Positions 11,841 to 26,339 of a stretch of DNA of 64,000 nt are shown one piece after another. Below the pieces are notes generated by a model that did no database searches, had not been told where the DNA came from, and saw only the letters and a list, made by a program, of their open reading frames with translations. Source of the DNA: Eledone cirrhosa. Lineage: Eukaryota. The position numbers were made by a program, and so were the translations under genes. The DNA is taken from positions 46,314,001 to 46,378,000 of the forward strand of contig OZ024746.1 of the NCBI GenBank assembly GCA_964016885.1, read 5' to 3'. How positions within the stretch are numbered: the first letter of the stretch is position 1; every line of letters begins with the position of its first letter.

Positions 11841-12126
11841 CCTTTTTATCATCACAATAGACTATTGTATGAGCCTTGCGCTGGAGAAACACCAGGACTC
11901 TGGCTTTACTTTAACACCGGCTCAGAGCAGGAGAGTTAAGGCGAAAAAGATATCGGATGCTGAATTTGCTGACGACATAGTTTGGGTTACAAACACACTG
12001 AAGGAGGCAGAGGATTTGATGCAGGAGGTGGAGACTGTGTTGATGAGTGTGGAGCTGAGAATGAATGAGATTAAGACAAAATATCTGGTAGAGAACATTA
12101 AGAAGCCAGAGAAGATTACTAATGTG
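11841..12126 (+). mobile_element. Internal fragment of a second RTE-type LINE family
   Basis: ALEKHQDSGFT..DAEFADDIV..N..KTKYL, homologous to the ORF at 55930-57255. Confidence 0.85.
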
Positions 12127-12325
12127 TTTCTGTATCTCTGAGGAGATGAAATAGTTTTTATAGATTTTTGAAATACATTGGAATTACAACAGTCTACTAC
12201 TTTTAAATTCACTCAACATTGCATTTACAACAACGACCTCTTCAGAATATAAATGGCAACAATAACTATAAAATACAGGAATATATAGGATTTTACAGAT
12301 TTTAAACACTTATCATTATTATCAG

Positions 12326-12500
12326 TGGCAGTATCGGTAGAAGGTCGGACGCCATGCTTTCCAGCATAGTTACGTCCCTTTACGATCTGAGTTCAAATCC
12401 CGCCGAGGTTGACTTTGCCTTTCATCCTTACGGGGTCGATAAAATAAAGTACCAGTAATGGACTGGGTAATTTGCTGGCCTTGTGCCTAAAGTAGAAACA
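12326..12500 (+). mobile_element. SINE family 1 (tRNA-like head, Meta-like central domain)
   Basis: B-box gagttcaaatc, block gactttgcctttcatccttacggggtcgataaaataaagtacc, TSD attattatcag. Confidence 0.85.
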
Positions 12501-14751
12501 ATTATTATCAGATGCTATCAAATAGCAATGTAACTGTTTATTAACCCCAGTTTATATTTTTATATTTTTTCAGTTCTGGTATTCATCTTGTTGATCAATT
12601 TTTTCAAACGATTAAGCTGTGGCATATAAACCTACTCATTTACACACACAAACATGCACACACATAAGATGTGTTTCTGAAGTTCCTGTCCCTCAGATTT
12701 CCCTCATAAGGTATTGATCAATATAAGACGGTAATTGCTGAAGATGTTGTGTAGTGAGACTTTGTCGAAAACCATGAGGTTGCAAAGCAAACACCTCAAC
12801 CACACAACCATAAAATAAATAGAAAAAATATTCAAGAGGCTTCGACATGAAAAACATTAGTTGATTTTAACATATTTTATGTTGTGAACCTTACAAAACT
12901 AATTAGAAATAAATATTTGTTCAGCATTATTTTTTTTGAGTTAGTTTTTTATATCACCTTTAAGCCCATTTTCACCACTATAGTGGACGTTTGCTTTGAG
13001 AGTCCTAATATAGTCTTTTCTCAGGCAGTATTTTATGGTTGGATAAGTTTCCTGGTGCCATCAATTTTAGTTACCTCTTCTTTAACACAGGGATATGGTG
13101 TAGCAACTATATATCAGATACTCATGGCTATCTGTATTAAATATTTTAAATTAATTAATATATAAAATGATTTTTTGACCAACTGATTAGACTTCATATT
13201 TCACCTGCACTAACTTTTTCATTCCCTATATTCTATCTAATAGTTTCCATTTGAAATTTGCCTGATTCACTTTTTAGAGTTATATTTTTACAACTAGATG
13301 TTTGTTTAGTTACAAAAATATGACAGGTGAATGATTTGTACTATGAAAAGAATCCCAAGGTTTGAATTACAACTGCAATAGTTTAGGAAAATATCAAATT
13401 TTATAGAACTATGAAACATACACTATAAAAAGAAAAAGAGAAAAATCTCTGGTACTTTGTGTAGAACATATGGCTGATACACTGTTCCAGGAAGCATCAT
13501 TGGATTAATGTTCTAATTTAACATGGGTACATCATGCTGATGTAAATTATAGATTTCTCATTGAGAGCAAAATATACAATGAGGCTATAGTTCACAACAG
13601 TATTAATAACATAAAAGGAATATATATATAATAGATATCAAACCACTTTTTTTAGAAGTATAATTCATTTATATAAATATAATAAAGACTATCCCATTTT
13701 GAGAACATGATAATAAATCTGCTTCTTTTCTTTTAATTTCCGTTTTAGAAAGAAATTGAAATTAGTCGGATTTGGATCTGAGTTGCTATCCTAAACATTA
13801 TTTCTAAATTACATTTTTTTATTTTGTCTGTGAAGAAAGGAAATAAAATAGAGGACATTCATTTATTTATATCTTTATAGTTCTCTGTCTTATCAGGCAT
13901 AATATTGCAACTTAGATAATAAACTGAGCATTCATGCAAACAATATTACAACTGTACACAATACTCTTGTTATAGTTAAGAGAATGAAAAAAATATTCAG
14001 TGTTGAACTAAGATTCTTTAAGCCCAATAAACAGAACGCTAATGTTAATCCTTGTGATTCCAGTTGGAAATTATTTTTTTAATAAAGTATAGCTATACAC
14101 GCATATTTTCTCATCTCTAACATTTGATATATTTATAAAAAATATCAAAATAAAATCACTGGAATATTTCACAAAATCAATTAATTCTACACTATATTGT
14201 TTCTTCTTTTGTATCCTTATCATCAACTTCACATATGCTTGGTAAACACAGATCAGTGCTGAAGGCACTGCTGTATACAGTCTCCGAATGCTGGAGCGAA
14301 TGTCTCATCAAGGGGTAAAGTAACTCTGTGTGTGTTTCTGCTCTTTCAACATGACACTGGGCCCCCAACGATGTAGGTAATGAAACAACAGCACAATTAT
14401 TGGTGTGTCTGATGTGATTCTGACCACCTCAATGCCTTAGAAGAGCATGAAATTTGATGGGTCTGATGTTATGATGTTATGACTTTGATGGGCATGATAA
14501 TCTGAGAGGCTATGCCTTTGTGCTCTTGATCATGTTTCTTCATTGCAGCATGTGTTGACAGCAGCCCTTAAGCAAAATAAGCTTGTGTTTATGGCCCCAT
14601 AGTACAGTATATATGAGCTTTTCCACATTCAGTATATGGGGGTATCATAATTGTTTCATTACTTAGGGCATCTCAAGGTCTTAATACATCCCAGATTGAC
14701 AGGTGTCTATAAATCCTTGTTCAGCTCAGGATTTGGTTGCTTTTCACACTT

Positions 14752-14990
14752 ATCATCTTCATCATCTTCATCATCTTCATCATCTTCATCATCTTCATCA
14801 TCACTGTTTAACGTCCATTTTCCACACTAGCATGGGTTCGACAGGTTATCCTATTCTGAGACAAGTCAGGGCTTGGTTTCCATGGGTGGATGTTCTATCT
14901 AACACTAACCACATTTACAGTGTGAACTGGGTGCTTTTTATCATGGCCCCAAAACAACCACTTTACAGTGTAGACTATAGCACCACTCTT
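14752..14990 (-). mobile_element. Old RTE-tail element (SINE or LINE 3'UTR) with expanded (CATCTTCAT)n tail
   Basis: Reverse complement of acccatgctagtgtggaaaatggacgttaaac and gtaaatgtggttagtgttag. Confidence 0.65.
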
Positions 14991-15204
14991 CAGTTTATAA
15001 TCAAACATACACACATATCATCAACATGTAAGATAGATATTTCACATACAACCAAAGCATCCCATGTTACACATTCATTGTTTCCATGAACATAATCTTT
15101 GAAAACATCTTCGTACAAGAATGAAGCTTAGTCAACAACACCAAGACAGTCATCATGTATATGACGGTCGTTATATATATGATAATCATTATGTATATCA
15201 AGCA

Positions 15205-15331
15205 TGTCTTTTTATGATCTGAGTTCAAATCCCGCCGAGGTTAACTTTGCCTTTCATCCTTACGGGGTCGATAAAATAAAGTACCAGTAATGTACTGGGT
15301 AATTGCTGGCCTTGTGCCAAAAGTAGAAACA
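15205..15331 (+). mobile_element. SINE family 1, 5'-truncated
   Basis: Same core as 12326. 17-bp TSD attatgtatatcaagca. Confidence 0.85.
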
Positions 15332-16694
15332 ATTATGTATATCAAGCAACACATTGAGCTGCATTCCTTTCTCTATATACACAACCTAAAACTACCTACA
15401 AATGCTGGGTCTCACAATCTCTGCTGGTCTGTTATTGTTATTATATATTTGTAAGATTGTTAACACTGTGTCATGAAAGTAAGGCTTTCTCATGAGGCCC
15501 AGAAAATATTTCTTACTAATCGTAGACATTCTACAAAACACAAATATTACATTAGAGATGTGCTAACATAACTGAGAAGGAATGAAGATATTACTGTTTC
15601 CAATTTAAAAAAAAAAAAACCATTATGTGGCTGATTGGCAGACTCACTACAATACTTCAAGTGTACTTTCTTCTATAAGTCTCTTCTATCTGTATTATAA
15701 TAAATTCTATCTTTCTGAACTATTACGATGCACCTTCACTTGAGCTCATCAATACACTTGCTTCTTCTCTCCCTATTTCAAACATTTTGTTCCACTCCCA
15801 CTAATGTCTGACTAAAGGCTTTTCTATATTAGTCCTTTGCACAACTGTAGTATATGATATTTCTGATTTGTCCCCAAAGTATCAACCTAAATAAGTATTA
15901 TTTGAGCATCAACTTCATCAATGTTACCAATTTGGGAAGATCAACAGAGGCTCGGGTAATACTCCACCTTCCTATTTATTCATACTTCATAATTCTTTAA
16001 AAAATATATGGCTGATTTTACTTTTTAATTTTTTTGATCAGTCGATAACAAAACAAAAAAAATAGTGTATTGTTTATTCAATTAACTGGTAATAAAACCA
16101 CCCTTGTCTTTCGTACAAAAGTGAATTTATTGTCATAATTAGCTAGCAGATAATGGTAATTAATTTAGTGCAAAAATACCATTCTTCTTGTTCAATTTTT
16201 ATATCTTAGTTCCTATCTTTATAGTGAACCCCACCAAAGAGTGAAACTCTTTAATGTTGCTTAATATGCTAGAAATTGGAGACACAGTTCTTAAAATCCA
16301 ACCATACTATCTTAAAAAAGGTAGATAATGTGTTGAATATTACAATTGCTTGGAGCTGAGCTACAAAAATCAAAATCAATTAAATGTTAAGGAAACAGAG
16401 CAGTAACATGCATTGATCAGTACATTACATTATAGATGTTCTTTGTTGTGAAAGTTGTCTTCAGTAAAACAAACTGGGAAAGCAGTATAAAAAATCAGCC
16501 ACAGCAGAATTGATATAGGTATGGTAGTCAAGAAAATTGCTTGTGATATTTCATTGCATATTTTTACATTCTGAGTGTTGCTTTTTCCTCTCCCTAGATC
16601 AACAAAATAGGTATTAATAAAGTACAACATTAACTATTAACCAAACATGCCCTGCCCCCAAATTTCTTGTGCTTATGTTATATATTGTTATTAC

Positions 16695-16775
16695 CTTTGA
16701 AATGTGTGTTCCTTGAAAGACAGAGCAAAAATGAAGAATGGTAACTCACCTGCAAAAGAGAGAAAAAAAAAACCA
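16695..16775 (-). promoter_or_regulatory. Candidate splice acceptor immediately followed by a donor (recursive splice site) with a 55-nt cryptic exon
   Basis: Minus strand reads ttttttttttctctcttttgcAG|GTGAGT..(55 nt)..caaag|GTAATA. Confidence 0.45.
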
Positions 16776-16959
16776 TTTATCATTTGTTTTTTTTAAATTC
16801 CTGTGAAGTTAAACATTTAAAATTAAATGTTACAGTTATGTGCTTTTCAAAATATTTAGCAGTGAAATGTGAAACTGACCTAATAGCTATTAGTTCAGTC
16901 TCAAACAATAGTTGAGACTATAATTTTAACATTCTGAAGACACAAAATTCAAACATGGA

Positions 16960-17437
16960 TATATGTATATAATACAAGGACAATTTGTTAAACCTTCATT
17001 ACGTTTATTGATTGGCGATGTGCGTTTCACTTATTAATCAACTCAAGGTTCCATCTGTATCGATTTGGCCTGACTCTGGAATCAAAAGCTCATCAGACCT
17101 CTGCTGTTGTAATGACAGAATGAACATATAAGGCATATATGCCTTATATGTTCATTCTGTATTATTATATTACACTCTATCTAGCTCTACACTTCGCCAC
17201 TGACGTGAACTTAAACATCGAGTGCTCACCTGGGTAAACCTACAGTAACTTCACGTTACACTCCCTGGATATATATATATACAAGTGGAAGCTTAGTAAA
17301 ATCGAAGCTTTGGCTGTGGGCAAGCAAAGTCGACCTACAATATGAGTTAGCAAAGCACTCAATAAGGGTAGGTCCTTATAGTAATAACATACTTTTAAAT
17401 AGCTTGACAAATTGAACATTGTTGTAGGCAAAATCTG

Positions 17438-17438
<1 letters not shown>
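16960..17438 (-). mobile_element. Decayed PLE end with long-stem-II hammerhead relic (about 17012-17102)
   Basis: Minus strand CTGATGA-gctt..ccagagtcagg..aagt-GAAAC shares ccagagtcagg with the HHR at 42280. A perfect 46-bp palindrome lies at 17115-17160. Confidence 0.45.
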
Positions 17439-17513
<75 letters not shown>

Positions 17514-17518
<5 letters not shown>

Positions 17519-17591
17519 GTCCTAAAAAATGTATACACACTTCAACAGCATTTTAATAAAATTGTGTATACACTTTTTGGGGAAACCCTGT
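17514..17591. mobile_element. Tc1/mariner-like MITE remnant
   Basis: Imperfect TIRs tgtcctaaaaaatgtatacaca / tgtgtatacactttttggggaaaccctg in TA context. Confidence 0.4.
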
Positions 17592-20500
17592 TTATATATG
17601 AATTATATAATCACCTATCTAAAAATATTATTTCATCTGATGACCCTCCGTTATTTATTCCATATAATTTCACAATCATTAATATCACACCGCTTATGAT
17701 TAACATCACAACTTCCATCATTTATGCCACACCTCTCATTATTTATTTAAAGAAAAAACATGCAAAGACAATGCTTTTTTAAATACATTTTTAACATCAG
17801 CTCAGTTGTAATACATCCTTTTATTGATTCCAAAAACATATTTTATATAAACAGATTAATGTCACATATGCTTTATGATATTTAACAGTTTAATGTGAAT
17901 TATTAATATAAAGTAGGAATAACAAAGAACTGAGTATCAATCTTTGTATAACATCATAATCTATATTCATTAATAAATCAAGCTGAAAAACAATTCTTAC
18001 AGCTTTTATGATTTAAAAACTGAATCAACAAGAACATTAATTTCAGAATAGGTTGGGTGATCTATATAAAATTCAACTGGAAAGATTTCTTGGTCATTTA
18101 TTTTCCACGAAACTCTTTTCTTACCATAGAGTGGAAAATTGACATTAAATGATGATGATAATTATGATGATTTCTAATGAAAGACATCAAGAATATGGAG
18201 GGATTTAGTAATATAACTAACTTTCTCATAATTAAGCTGGTGTTTGGAATATAACTTAAAAAGTTCTGACATAAAATCATGATGGAAAATTTTTAGATAA
18301 ATATAAATACTTTGCAATAACAGCTTTGTACCATAAAACCCAGGGCAGTTTCAGGCAACTTGGTATGAACAGATTAAATACAACACTAGGCCTAACTATT
18401 GATAAATATAAGGCAATCTTTATGGAAACTAAATGAATATCTTATCTACATTAGCAGAAAGTCTAACGATGTACGTATATCCATAAAATGTTTAGTTAGT
18501 AAGATAAGCAAGAGAATATCAAATATATATTCTAAGAAAAAAAACAAAAACAATACTGAATCACACTATATACTACCACAGTAATTATCTAAAAACGAAT
18601 CAAGCATACACACACATATAAATGCAGTGTTACATGCTCCCAGAATTTGTAAGATAGTTTCTATAGAATACTTCTTATTAAGTGGTTGCAATTTAAGTGG
18701 TTCAGGGTAGGTTTATTTGGGACTAAAGAAGATTGCAGGGAAGTCGGTTTGTCAGGTAGGATAGCACTCTAGAATTGAAATAATTTTGTAAACTAATCAT
18801 GGGAATGGGTTTAGTTGGTGTATATAATTATGCAATGGGGTCGTAGTAACTGCAGATAATAATATACATTGTGATTTATAAAGTTTTCAAAACCTTTATT
18901 AACTACCGTATATATTCATATATAACCCAAGAAATATGTGACAAAAAAAAATCGATGATAAGATGGGGGTCAACTTATATTTGAGGTCAATATTTTGCTG
19001 ATTTTTGCCAACTTCAAATTCTATGTAAATAAGAGGCTAAAGTGGTTATTTGACAATGAAACACTGTTTTTCTGCATTTACTATATCATCATTGGTGTTA
19101 TTTATACATTAACTTGATCTTCTGATCTTCTTGAAAAGAATACAAGACATTGTTAAATTTCCTCCCCAGAGGTAGGCTCTGTGACATAGGTATAACAGAA
19201 AACAAATATATTATTGATTAAACTGAATTAGTTAATGATAACTAATGCCTATTATTTTCAATCTTGATGAAAAATGTCTACAGGATGTATGGACAATTGA
19301 CAATAACTCATCTGAGTTACAACACTTCTTTAAAGAAACATAGATATCCAGAAAATTGTGAGAAGAATATTCTAAGTAAAACATGTTTTTGTGATGCAGA
19401 ATATCCTTGGAACTAATTGAAATGAGAAAAGAAAATTCTGTTAAGAGAACTCTGAGCAAGAGGAAAATAGATTTCATGCTAAGAATCGATAAGGCAATAA
19501 GCTACTATATGTAGATCATAATGACTGTAACATATGCTTTTGCTCAATTTCTATAATTTTTATTGAGCAAAGAGTTCATCTATATATTCATCATCTTTAA
19601 CTTTATTAAACAATGGCTACAAATTTTAATAATTTTCTCTATATGTACGAAATGCCTCTGCAATAAGCAGGAATTTTCTCTGACATCCAGGAACCAGAGT
19701 TCTCACAAAATACAATTAATAGAATCCTAGCGTTTTCGTTTCTTAAAGGCTGAAACCTGATAATGAACAAGATAGTATGGACTGTATTTAATACATTATT
19801 GTCATTCCAACAATTTATTAAATAGTAATGTTGATGAAGTAGAATATATATTTTGAAAGGGTATTTTAAAGCTATATCACTAATATGAGCATTACTCTAG
19901 AAATTACGAAAAGATTTCTTCATTGCATATATAATACTGGATATATTGAATGCACTAACATTTTCAGTTGTTCTAGATATTTTTCCAATTATCATTTTGA
20001 TATTTTCTTCCTTTCCAAATGACTGAATGAGTTAAATATTATGTTAAAACTGAACATTAATTTTAACATTGATTAAAAAAACTACTTTTTATGAGCTATT
20101 ATATCTCCAATTAATTTCCAGCAATTTTAGCTATACTTTGGAAGGATAATCTGCAGATGAAACCTTTAAAGTAATAAATGTATAAGCTATATAAAAACGT
20201 TTACTAAGATTTTAAAAGCAAAGTATTCAAGTAAAATGTGTTCCTTTAACTATATTTTGAGATAAAGTTGTTATGGTTGGCAGATTCTACAAAACAGTTC
20301 ATATTTTTTCAAAGGTAGTTATCAGATATGTTTTCTTTAAAAGAAAATGAAAGAAGGAAATATTAGTTTTTATTTGTTAATTTCCACTTCAACTCCTGAA
20401 AGACGTAGTGATTGATCTTTTAATTTTCTAAATATTCTAGAATAATTTTCACATTCAAAATGTTCATACTTTAATATGTAATAATAATACATTTTTTGTG

Positions 20501-22323
20501 GGAAATATATTCTTCCAAACAATTCTTTACTGTGATCTTCTACAATTATATTTGCAAAGAAATGCAAAAGTCATTATAAGATGAGCAGCATTCATAATTT
20601 ACTTATTAAATTTCAGAATTCTATTTCAAATATTCACAGTAGAAAGCTTATAAACAGTTTCTCAAACAGTTTCTCTTTTAAGAGAGAGAGATATCTCAAA
20701 TAACAAGTATTAGAATGAAATATTCAATAAGATTGAGATAATTTAAAGAGGTTTAAAACTAATTATATCCATTTGTTATTCCTGACTACATCATTTAAGG
20801 CATATTACCTTTCACTTCCTGTTTTCTAATAATATCCTTTAGGGGGAACTTCTATTGCTCCAAAATCAAATATTTCTATCAAATAATGTGAGATATTATA
20901 AACTCTAATTTGAGATTTAAAAAAACGAAACCGAACAGAACAACAGGTCCAATGGTAATCATTTAAAACATATATTTATTGCTTGTCACACAGCATTCAA
21001 ATGATGGCCTTCTTAAATCGAAACTCACAATCAATTTGTCCTTGTTCTTTACTAAGTGAGCATACTAACTCCAAGAATGTATAATGGGAACATTAATGAA
21101 TGTCATTGAATATTAACCTGTAAATGCTCCAACAACACATCACAACACCAATAGGGGATTTTGTGTAATATAAATAAGAACAGATGCCAATAGTCTGACA
21201 ATATATCTCTCATTATGATGGTTCTCTATAAATATAAGTTTACAATAATTTGTTAGCCATTACATTCATGAACCTTCAAATTACACTTGATTTTCATATT
21301 TTTGTTTCAAATTAATGACTTACACAAGTGACATGCATGGTTGTGTTATCAAGATCACCTCTCAGCCATGTAGTTTGAGTTTAATTATCCTGTGTGCAGC
21401 AATTGTTTTCTACCATTGCCTTGGGTTGTCCTATACACTGAAAGTGAAATGATACATGGATGTTGGGTGACAAACTATAGGTATGTGGGCCAGTTGATGT
21501 TTTTTGGAGTTTGCTTTCTTTAGTGTTTCATATCTATAATAGTTTTCGTTTGTGCTCTTCGTGCATGCAGCTCATATGTGTTTTGTAAAGTTATCTATGA
21601 ATTCAAGATGTTCAAATCAACAGCTTGTTAGTCACTCATTTTTCTCTGTGAGTAATAAACATAATTCTAATCAAACATTTACTATCAAGATAGTCTTTAA
21701 TATGGTATAGTAGAAACTTCACATAATATATCACTTCTGAACTGATTATAGGTATATTATCTCTCTTGCAAAATGAAATAGTTTCTTTCTTTTCAAAATC
21801 AGCAAGACATCAAATGATTGCAGTATATCTAGAAACATATTAATATTACAAGAAGTTCTGTATATAAGTAACAATTGGGCTTCATGTCCTATGTTTATTG
21901 CTAGGCAATAATATTTATATCAAAAGGGTAAAATGAGAATGATATAATTAAATAAAAGAGAAACATAAAATCTTTGCTTTAAATTTTGCACTCAACCATT
22001 CTGGAATTTTTCAAACTACTTGCAACAAAATAGTCTGTAATTCCAAATGTTACTAAAGATAGAAATAAGTACAAGTGACATTTGATACTTTCAGAATAAA
22101 ATTGCTGTTTTTATCAAAATTTTATGTATTTACCATTTATAAGTTTAATCAAGATTTTATATAACATAATTTAATATTTCATTAGTGCATACAATAGTAA
22201 TCGATTAAATAAATAAATGTGGTTCTATCAAAATGTGTATAACTTTAAGAATCTCCATTTCAGTGTAATCATTGTTATGCTAAGAATGGTATGGCTGTGC
22301 GATTTTGCTCTGCAGTACCTTAA

Positions 22324-22544
22324 CCCTTTTGCATTTAAACCGGCCATATCTAGTCATAATTCTCCCACCTCTTTCTGTTCAAACTGGCTGTAACCGGCCA
22401 TTCAAACTGATGTTAAAGTATTGTTCTTGAAATAAATAATATCAAAATCTCATAGATTTGATATTATGTGAGATAGTTATATGAGGTAAAGTCTTTACCA
22501 TGAAAATATAATAGTATATATAGATTAATGTAAATGCTAAAAGG
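22324..22544 (-). mobile_element. piggyBac-type MITE
   Basis: TTAA-cccttttgcattta..taaatgctaaaagg-TTAT, the reverse-orientation copy of 24755-24975. Confidence 0.7.
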
Positions 22545-22904
22545 TTATGTAAAATTATTCTACTATATCCTGAAATTGACCAATACCTTATGAGAGTAAT
22601 TTGATAGTAACTGTGTGAATGTCCATTGGCATAAAAAAAGTGCATTTTGTTAAAAACTGCCTGTAGAGGTCGTACGTAACCCATACTAGCATGGAAAAAC
22701 AGACATAAGCCAATGATGACACAAATGATGATGATGTTGGTGTGTTTCATTGATATATATCAGGGAGGGATGTAAACATTTGCAAGAAAATCAAAATACT
22801 GGGGACAATCTCTTGTGCCCCAAAATACACTATGAAAGATGCAGTAAACTAGTAATTGGCTCTTTGGAAACCTGTAACCAATGAAACTATTGTCTACAAA
22901 TTCA

Positions 22905-23400
22905 TCATTATCATCATCGCTGTTTCATGTCTATTTTCCATGCTTGCATGGGTTAGACAACTTGCCATATTATGAGACAAGTCAGGTCAGGTGACCATGT
23001 TTTGCTCACATGAAATTTTCTGGCTTGGTTTCTATGGCTGGATGCCCTTCCTAAGACCAAAAATATTAGTGTGGACAGGGTGCCTTTTCTTTGAGGTGGT
23101 AGCATGACCATAAACAATGTTGCCAGTGCATTTTGGTCTTGTCACAAGCATGACCCTCTCACAGGCTGAATTGGATGCTTTTTGCTGGGTCACTAGCACT
23201 ACCACCATTACAGGGTGGGGTGGGTGATTTTTGTTGTCATCAGCTCAACCACTTTACAGGTTGATCTAAGTGCTTTTTGTCATGGTGACATGACTGTGTG
23301 GAGCATGTCCAGCTTTCTATGTTTGTGTGCATGTGTTGGACTGGGAATGTGGGAGGTTGGAAGAGGAGTGAAAGGAGTATGCAGGCTGGGGATGGGTTAG
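22905..23400 (-). mobile_element. Old RTE 3'UTR-like element
   Basis: Contains ccatgcttgcatgggttagac and ggctggatgcccttcctaa, the reverse complement of the RTE tail motifs. Confidence 0.6.
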
Positions 23401-24754
23401 TATTAAGATGTAGGAAGGTGTATGGGCAGTGGTGGGGATGGAAAATTAGTGTAAACTAGTATCCTCTAGATGTTTGTTTCATTCTGTTCACATGGGAAGG
23501 CAAGTTTTCTGTAGTACAACACATTGTCTGGTCTTGGTCTTGTAAATCACCTTCAGCAGATTATCACTCAAGAGCTTCGACAGTTCCTTTATATTTTAAG
23601 TCTCTATTTGTTCTTCCTTACTGTCAAAAGCATCAAGAAGATGCCTCTAAATTTGTTACCGGCTGAGGGCTCCCTGAACTTCTATATCTTTCTCCACCAG
23701 GTTGCCTTCTGTATCTGAGTTCATCTAGCCCAAACTTTAAAGTCACTAACTACTAGGTTATGTTGGGAGGTACATTTCTAACTAACAAGGGTCTTTGTAT
23801 TTACAACCATCTCTCTATATCATCTTCTAGCGAGGTAAAAAATGTATAAGTTTTTGCTAAATACAATGATAATGAATTGATTTCAAATCACAACAGCAAT
23901 TATAAAATTTCATATTTGAATAAAACATTCAAATCTATAATGTAAAATAAGTACTGATCTGATTAATTTTGATGTGACCTAACCCTAGGTCAACCAACAT
24001 TGACCAGGCCTACGATTAGAGGGGTTCAAGTAATGACTGTCCTGTCATTTTAAAACTTCCTATTCTTATATTAATTAATGTGACAATTCCATGTTTAGAT
24101 ATATTTTGATATATTTTTAGCTTGTCAAATGGCAGCAGATAGGATCTCCCTGGCTGAAGAGTTTCCCTGTTGATTCATTTTTAATCTATTTTATTTTTTT
24201 ACAGATATCATTAACTTTGAGACAAAATTGTTTTGAAAATAATCAATCATTCTATTCGTGTGTTGATGAAATACATACACAAGGGACCTAAACTCCTGGC
24301 ACTAATGAGGTTATTTGTGCTGCAAATACTTCCATGAGCTTTTTTGAATTTGTATTGACTGAGTGAGAAGCATAGTGCTTGTTTAATTGTGTTGTAGTAA
24401 AGTTTTGGCATATTGTATATGTATCTTCGTGTGAAGAATTGATTGAATATGTAGCAGCAGCAAAAGTAGTAGTAGTGGTATTAGTAGTAGTAGTTGTTGT
24501 AGGAGGAGGTGTTGTTAGGAGTGCCATTATACAGTGATGTGTGGTTGTGTTAATGTACAACCAATAATAATGCAAAGTGTGTTATTTTGTGTCTTTTGTT
24601 TTAATAACTGATCCGTATAAATATATCCTGATCAAATGCATTCCAGTTGTGACCATACCATCTTTTGTTCACCTAGAACTATATTATCTAAACATTTTAA
24701 TCATTTATTGGTCTTAGTCATTCGACTGTAGCTATGTATATGTCCTACCTTTAA

Positions 24755-24975
24755 CCCTTTAGCATTTACATTACTCTATATTTATTATTGTATTTTCACG
24801 GTAAAGACTTTATTTCACATAATTATCTCGCACAATATCGAATCTATGAGATTTTGATATGATTTATTTTGAGAACAATACCTTAACATAAGAATGAGCA
24901 GCTGGTTACAGCCGGTTTGAACATAAATAGGTGAGGGGATTCTGGCTGGATATGGGCGGTTTAAATACTAAAGGG
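24755..24975 (+). mobile_element. piggyBac-type MITE
   Basis: TTAA TSDs at 24751 and 24976, with 14-bp TIRs ccctttagcattta / taaatactaaaggg. Confidence 0.8.
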
Positions 24976-26081
24976 TTAAGGGTATAGCTTATTAAAATGT
25001 CAATCATTCCCAATGCTTCTTAAGTCAACCGCTTTATTTACTAAATGTTTTGTATGATGCTCTACTATTTATGAACCCACTCCTATGTGTGTTTTTATTT
25101 TAAATGACAGTAGTTTTTTTGTTTTTTTTTTAGAGAATTCTGACTGTTACTTGTTGGCTCATATCTTTTTAAGAATATGAAAAGTAGAGAGAATAGGAGA
25201 GATCACAGACTTTCTCTTATGCTAATCTGTTTTGGATATGCTGTATTGTTGCTGTATTTGAAGAAGTATTCTTTAAAGATATTCAGTGTTCTAGAATTAG
25301 CAATCAAATATACCTCAGGCTAATCTTTACCATGTTATAAATGGAAAAAAAAATATACATTGAAAATTCTGATTCTAAAAGCAAAGATGAAATAGTCACA
25401 CCTGGTATACTGATCAAATCAAATAAAAGAAATGATTGTTGCTGTTGCTAATGATGTTGATAATGTCAAGGATGATGATGATAAGAAGTTACAAATGTTT
25501 GATATCAATGCCAATGCTTGCTTCAGTGTATCTGAGAAGTAATTGCTGCCACTATTAATTCACACTTATTTCTTTTGTTGTATGAAAGGTATTCCGATAG
25601 AAAATAACGTGCTTTAACAAATATGAAAATGTAGGATAATCACCTCTCTTTTTGTGCTCATGGTAAATAGGGGCATAAAAAAATAAGCACAGGAAAATCT
25701 GCAAAAAATGCAACTAAAGATGTGTCAAATGTTGAAACGTAGGTGAAAATCCCCAATTCATGAACTGGGGTAAGACCACAAACCTAAACATCAATATATG
25801 TTTCAAATAATCATATAGATTTAAGCATTGCTTAACTGTGCCGCTTACACACCCTCACATAGAAAAATATAAATATAAAGTAGTTTTTAAATTAACTACA
25901 ATTGGAAGTTTATAATCCAACGTATTTGAATTAATTTTATTCTCAATTTCATCCAACAGTCTTAATAATCACTTCTTGCTATTTTTACCATAGAAATGTA
26001 TTACTTGAAGCTCTTACAAAGTTAGATGAACTTTCCTTTAATAATTGACATTCCTTTAAGCAACAACCCACTTTGAATTTA

Positions 26082-26215
26082 TAATGATGATGATGATTAT
26101 GATAATGATTATGATGATGTTTATGATGATGACGATGATGAGGATGATAATGGCAACAACGACGATGATGATAATGATGATGAATGTGATGATTATGATG
26201 GTGAGGATAATGAGC
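26082..26215. repeat. Imperfect (ATG)n microsatellite
   Basis: Read directly from the sequence. Confidence 0.9.
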
Positions 26216-26339
26216 AATAACAATTCAAATAAACACAACACTATTCAGCCCAAGGCTAATAACTGGGAAAAGCATACTTTTAATTTGATGCTATAAAAGT
26301 ACAAACAATCATGTGTGCAAAAATCTAAAACATTTGAAA

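Noticed and set aside
12190-12250. CTGAAGAGGTC on the minus strand
   Set aside because: No matching GAAA box or stems remain.
18904-18990. TACCGTA-type DNA transposon end
   Set aside because: No partner TIR found.
24180-24240. Plus-strand acceptor-like tttttttacag
   Set aside because: No open exon or donor follows, and such motifs are common by chance in AT-rich DNA.
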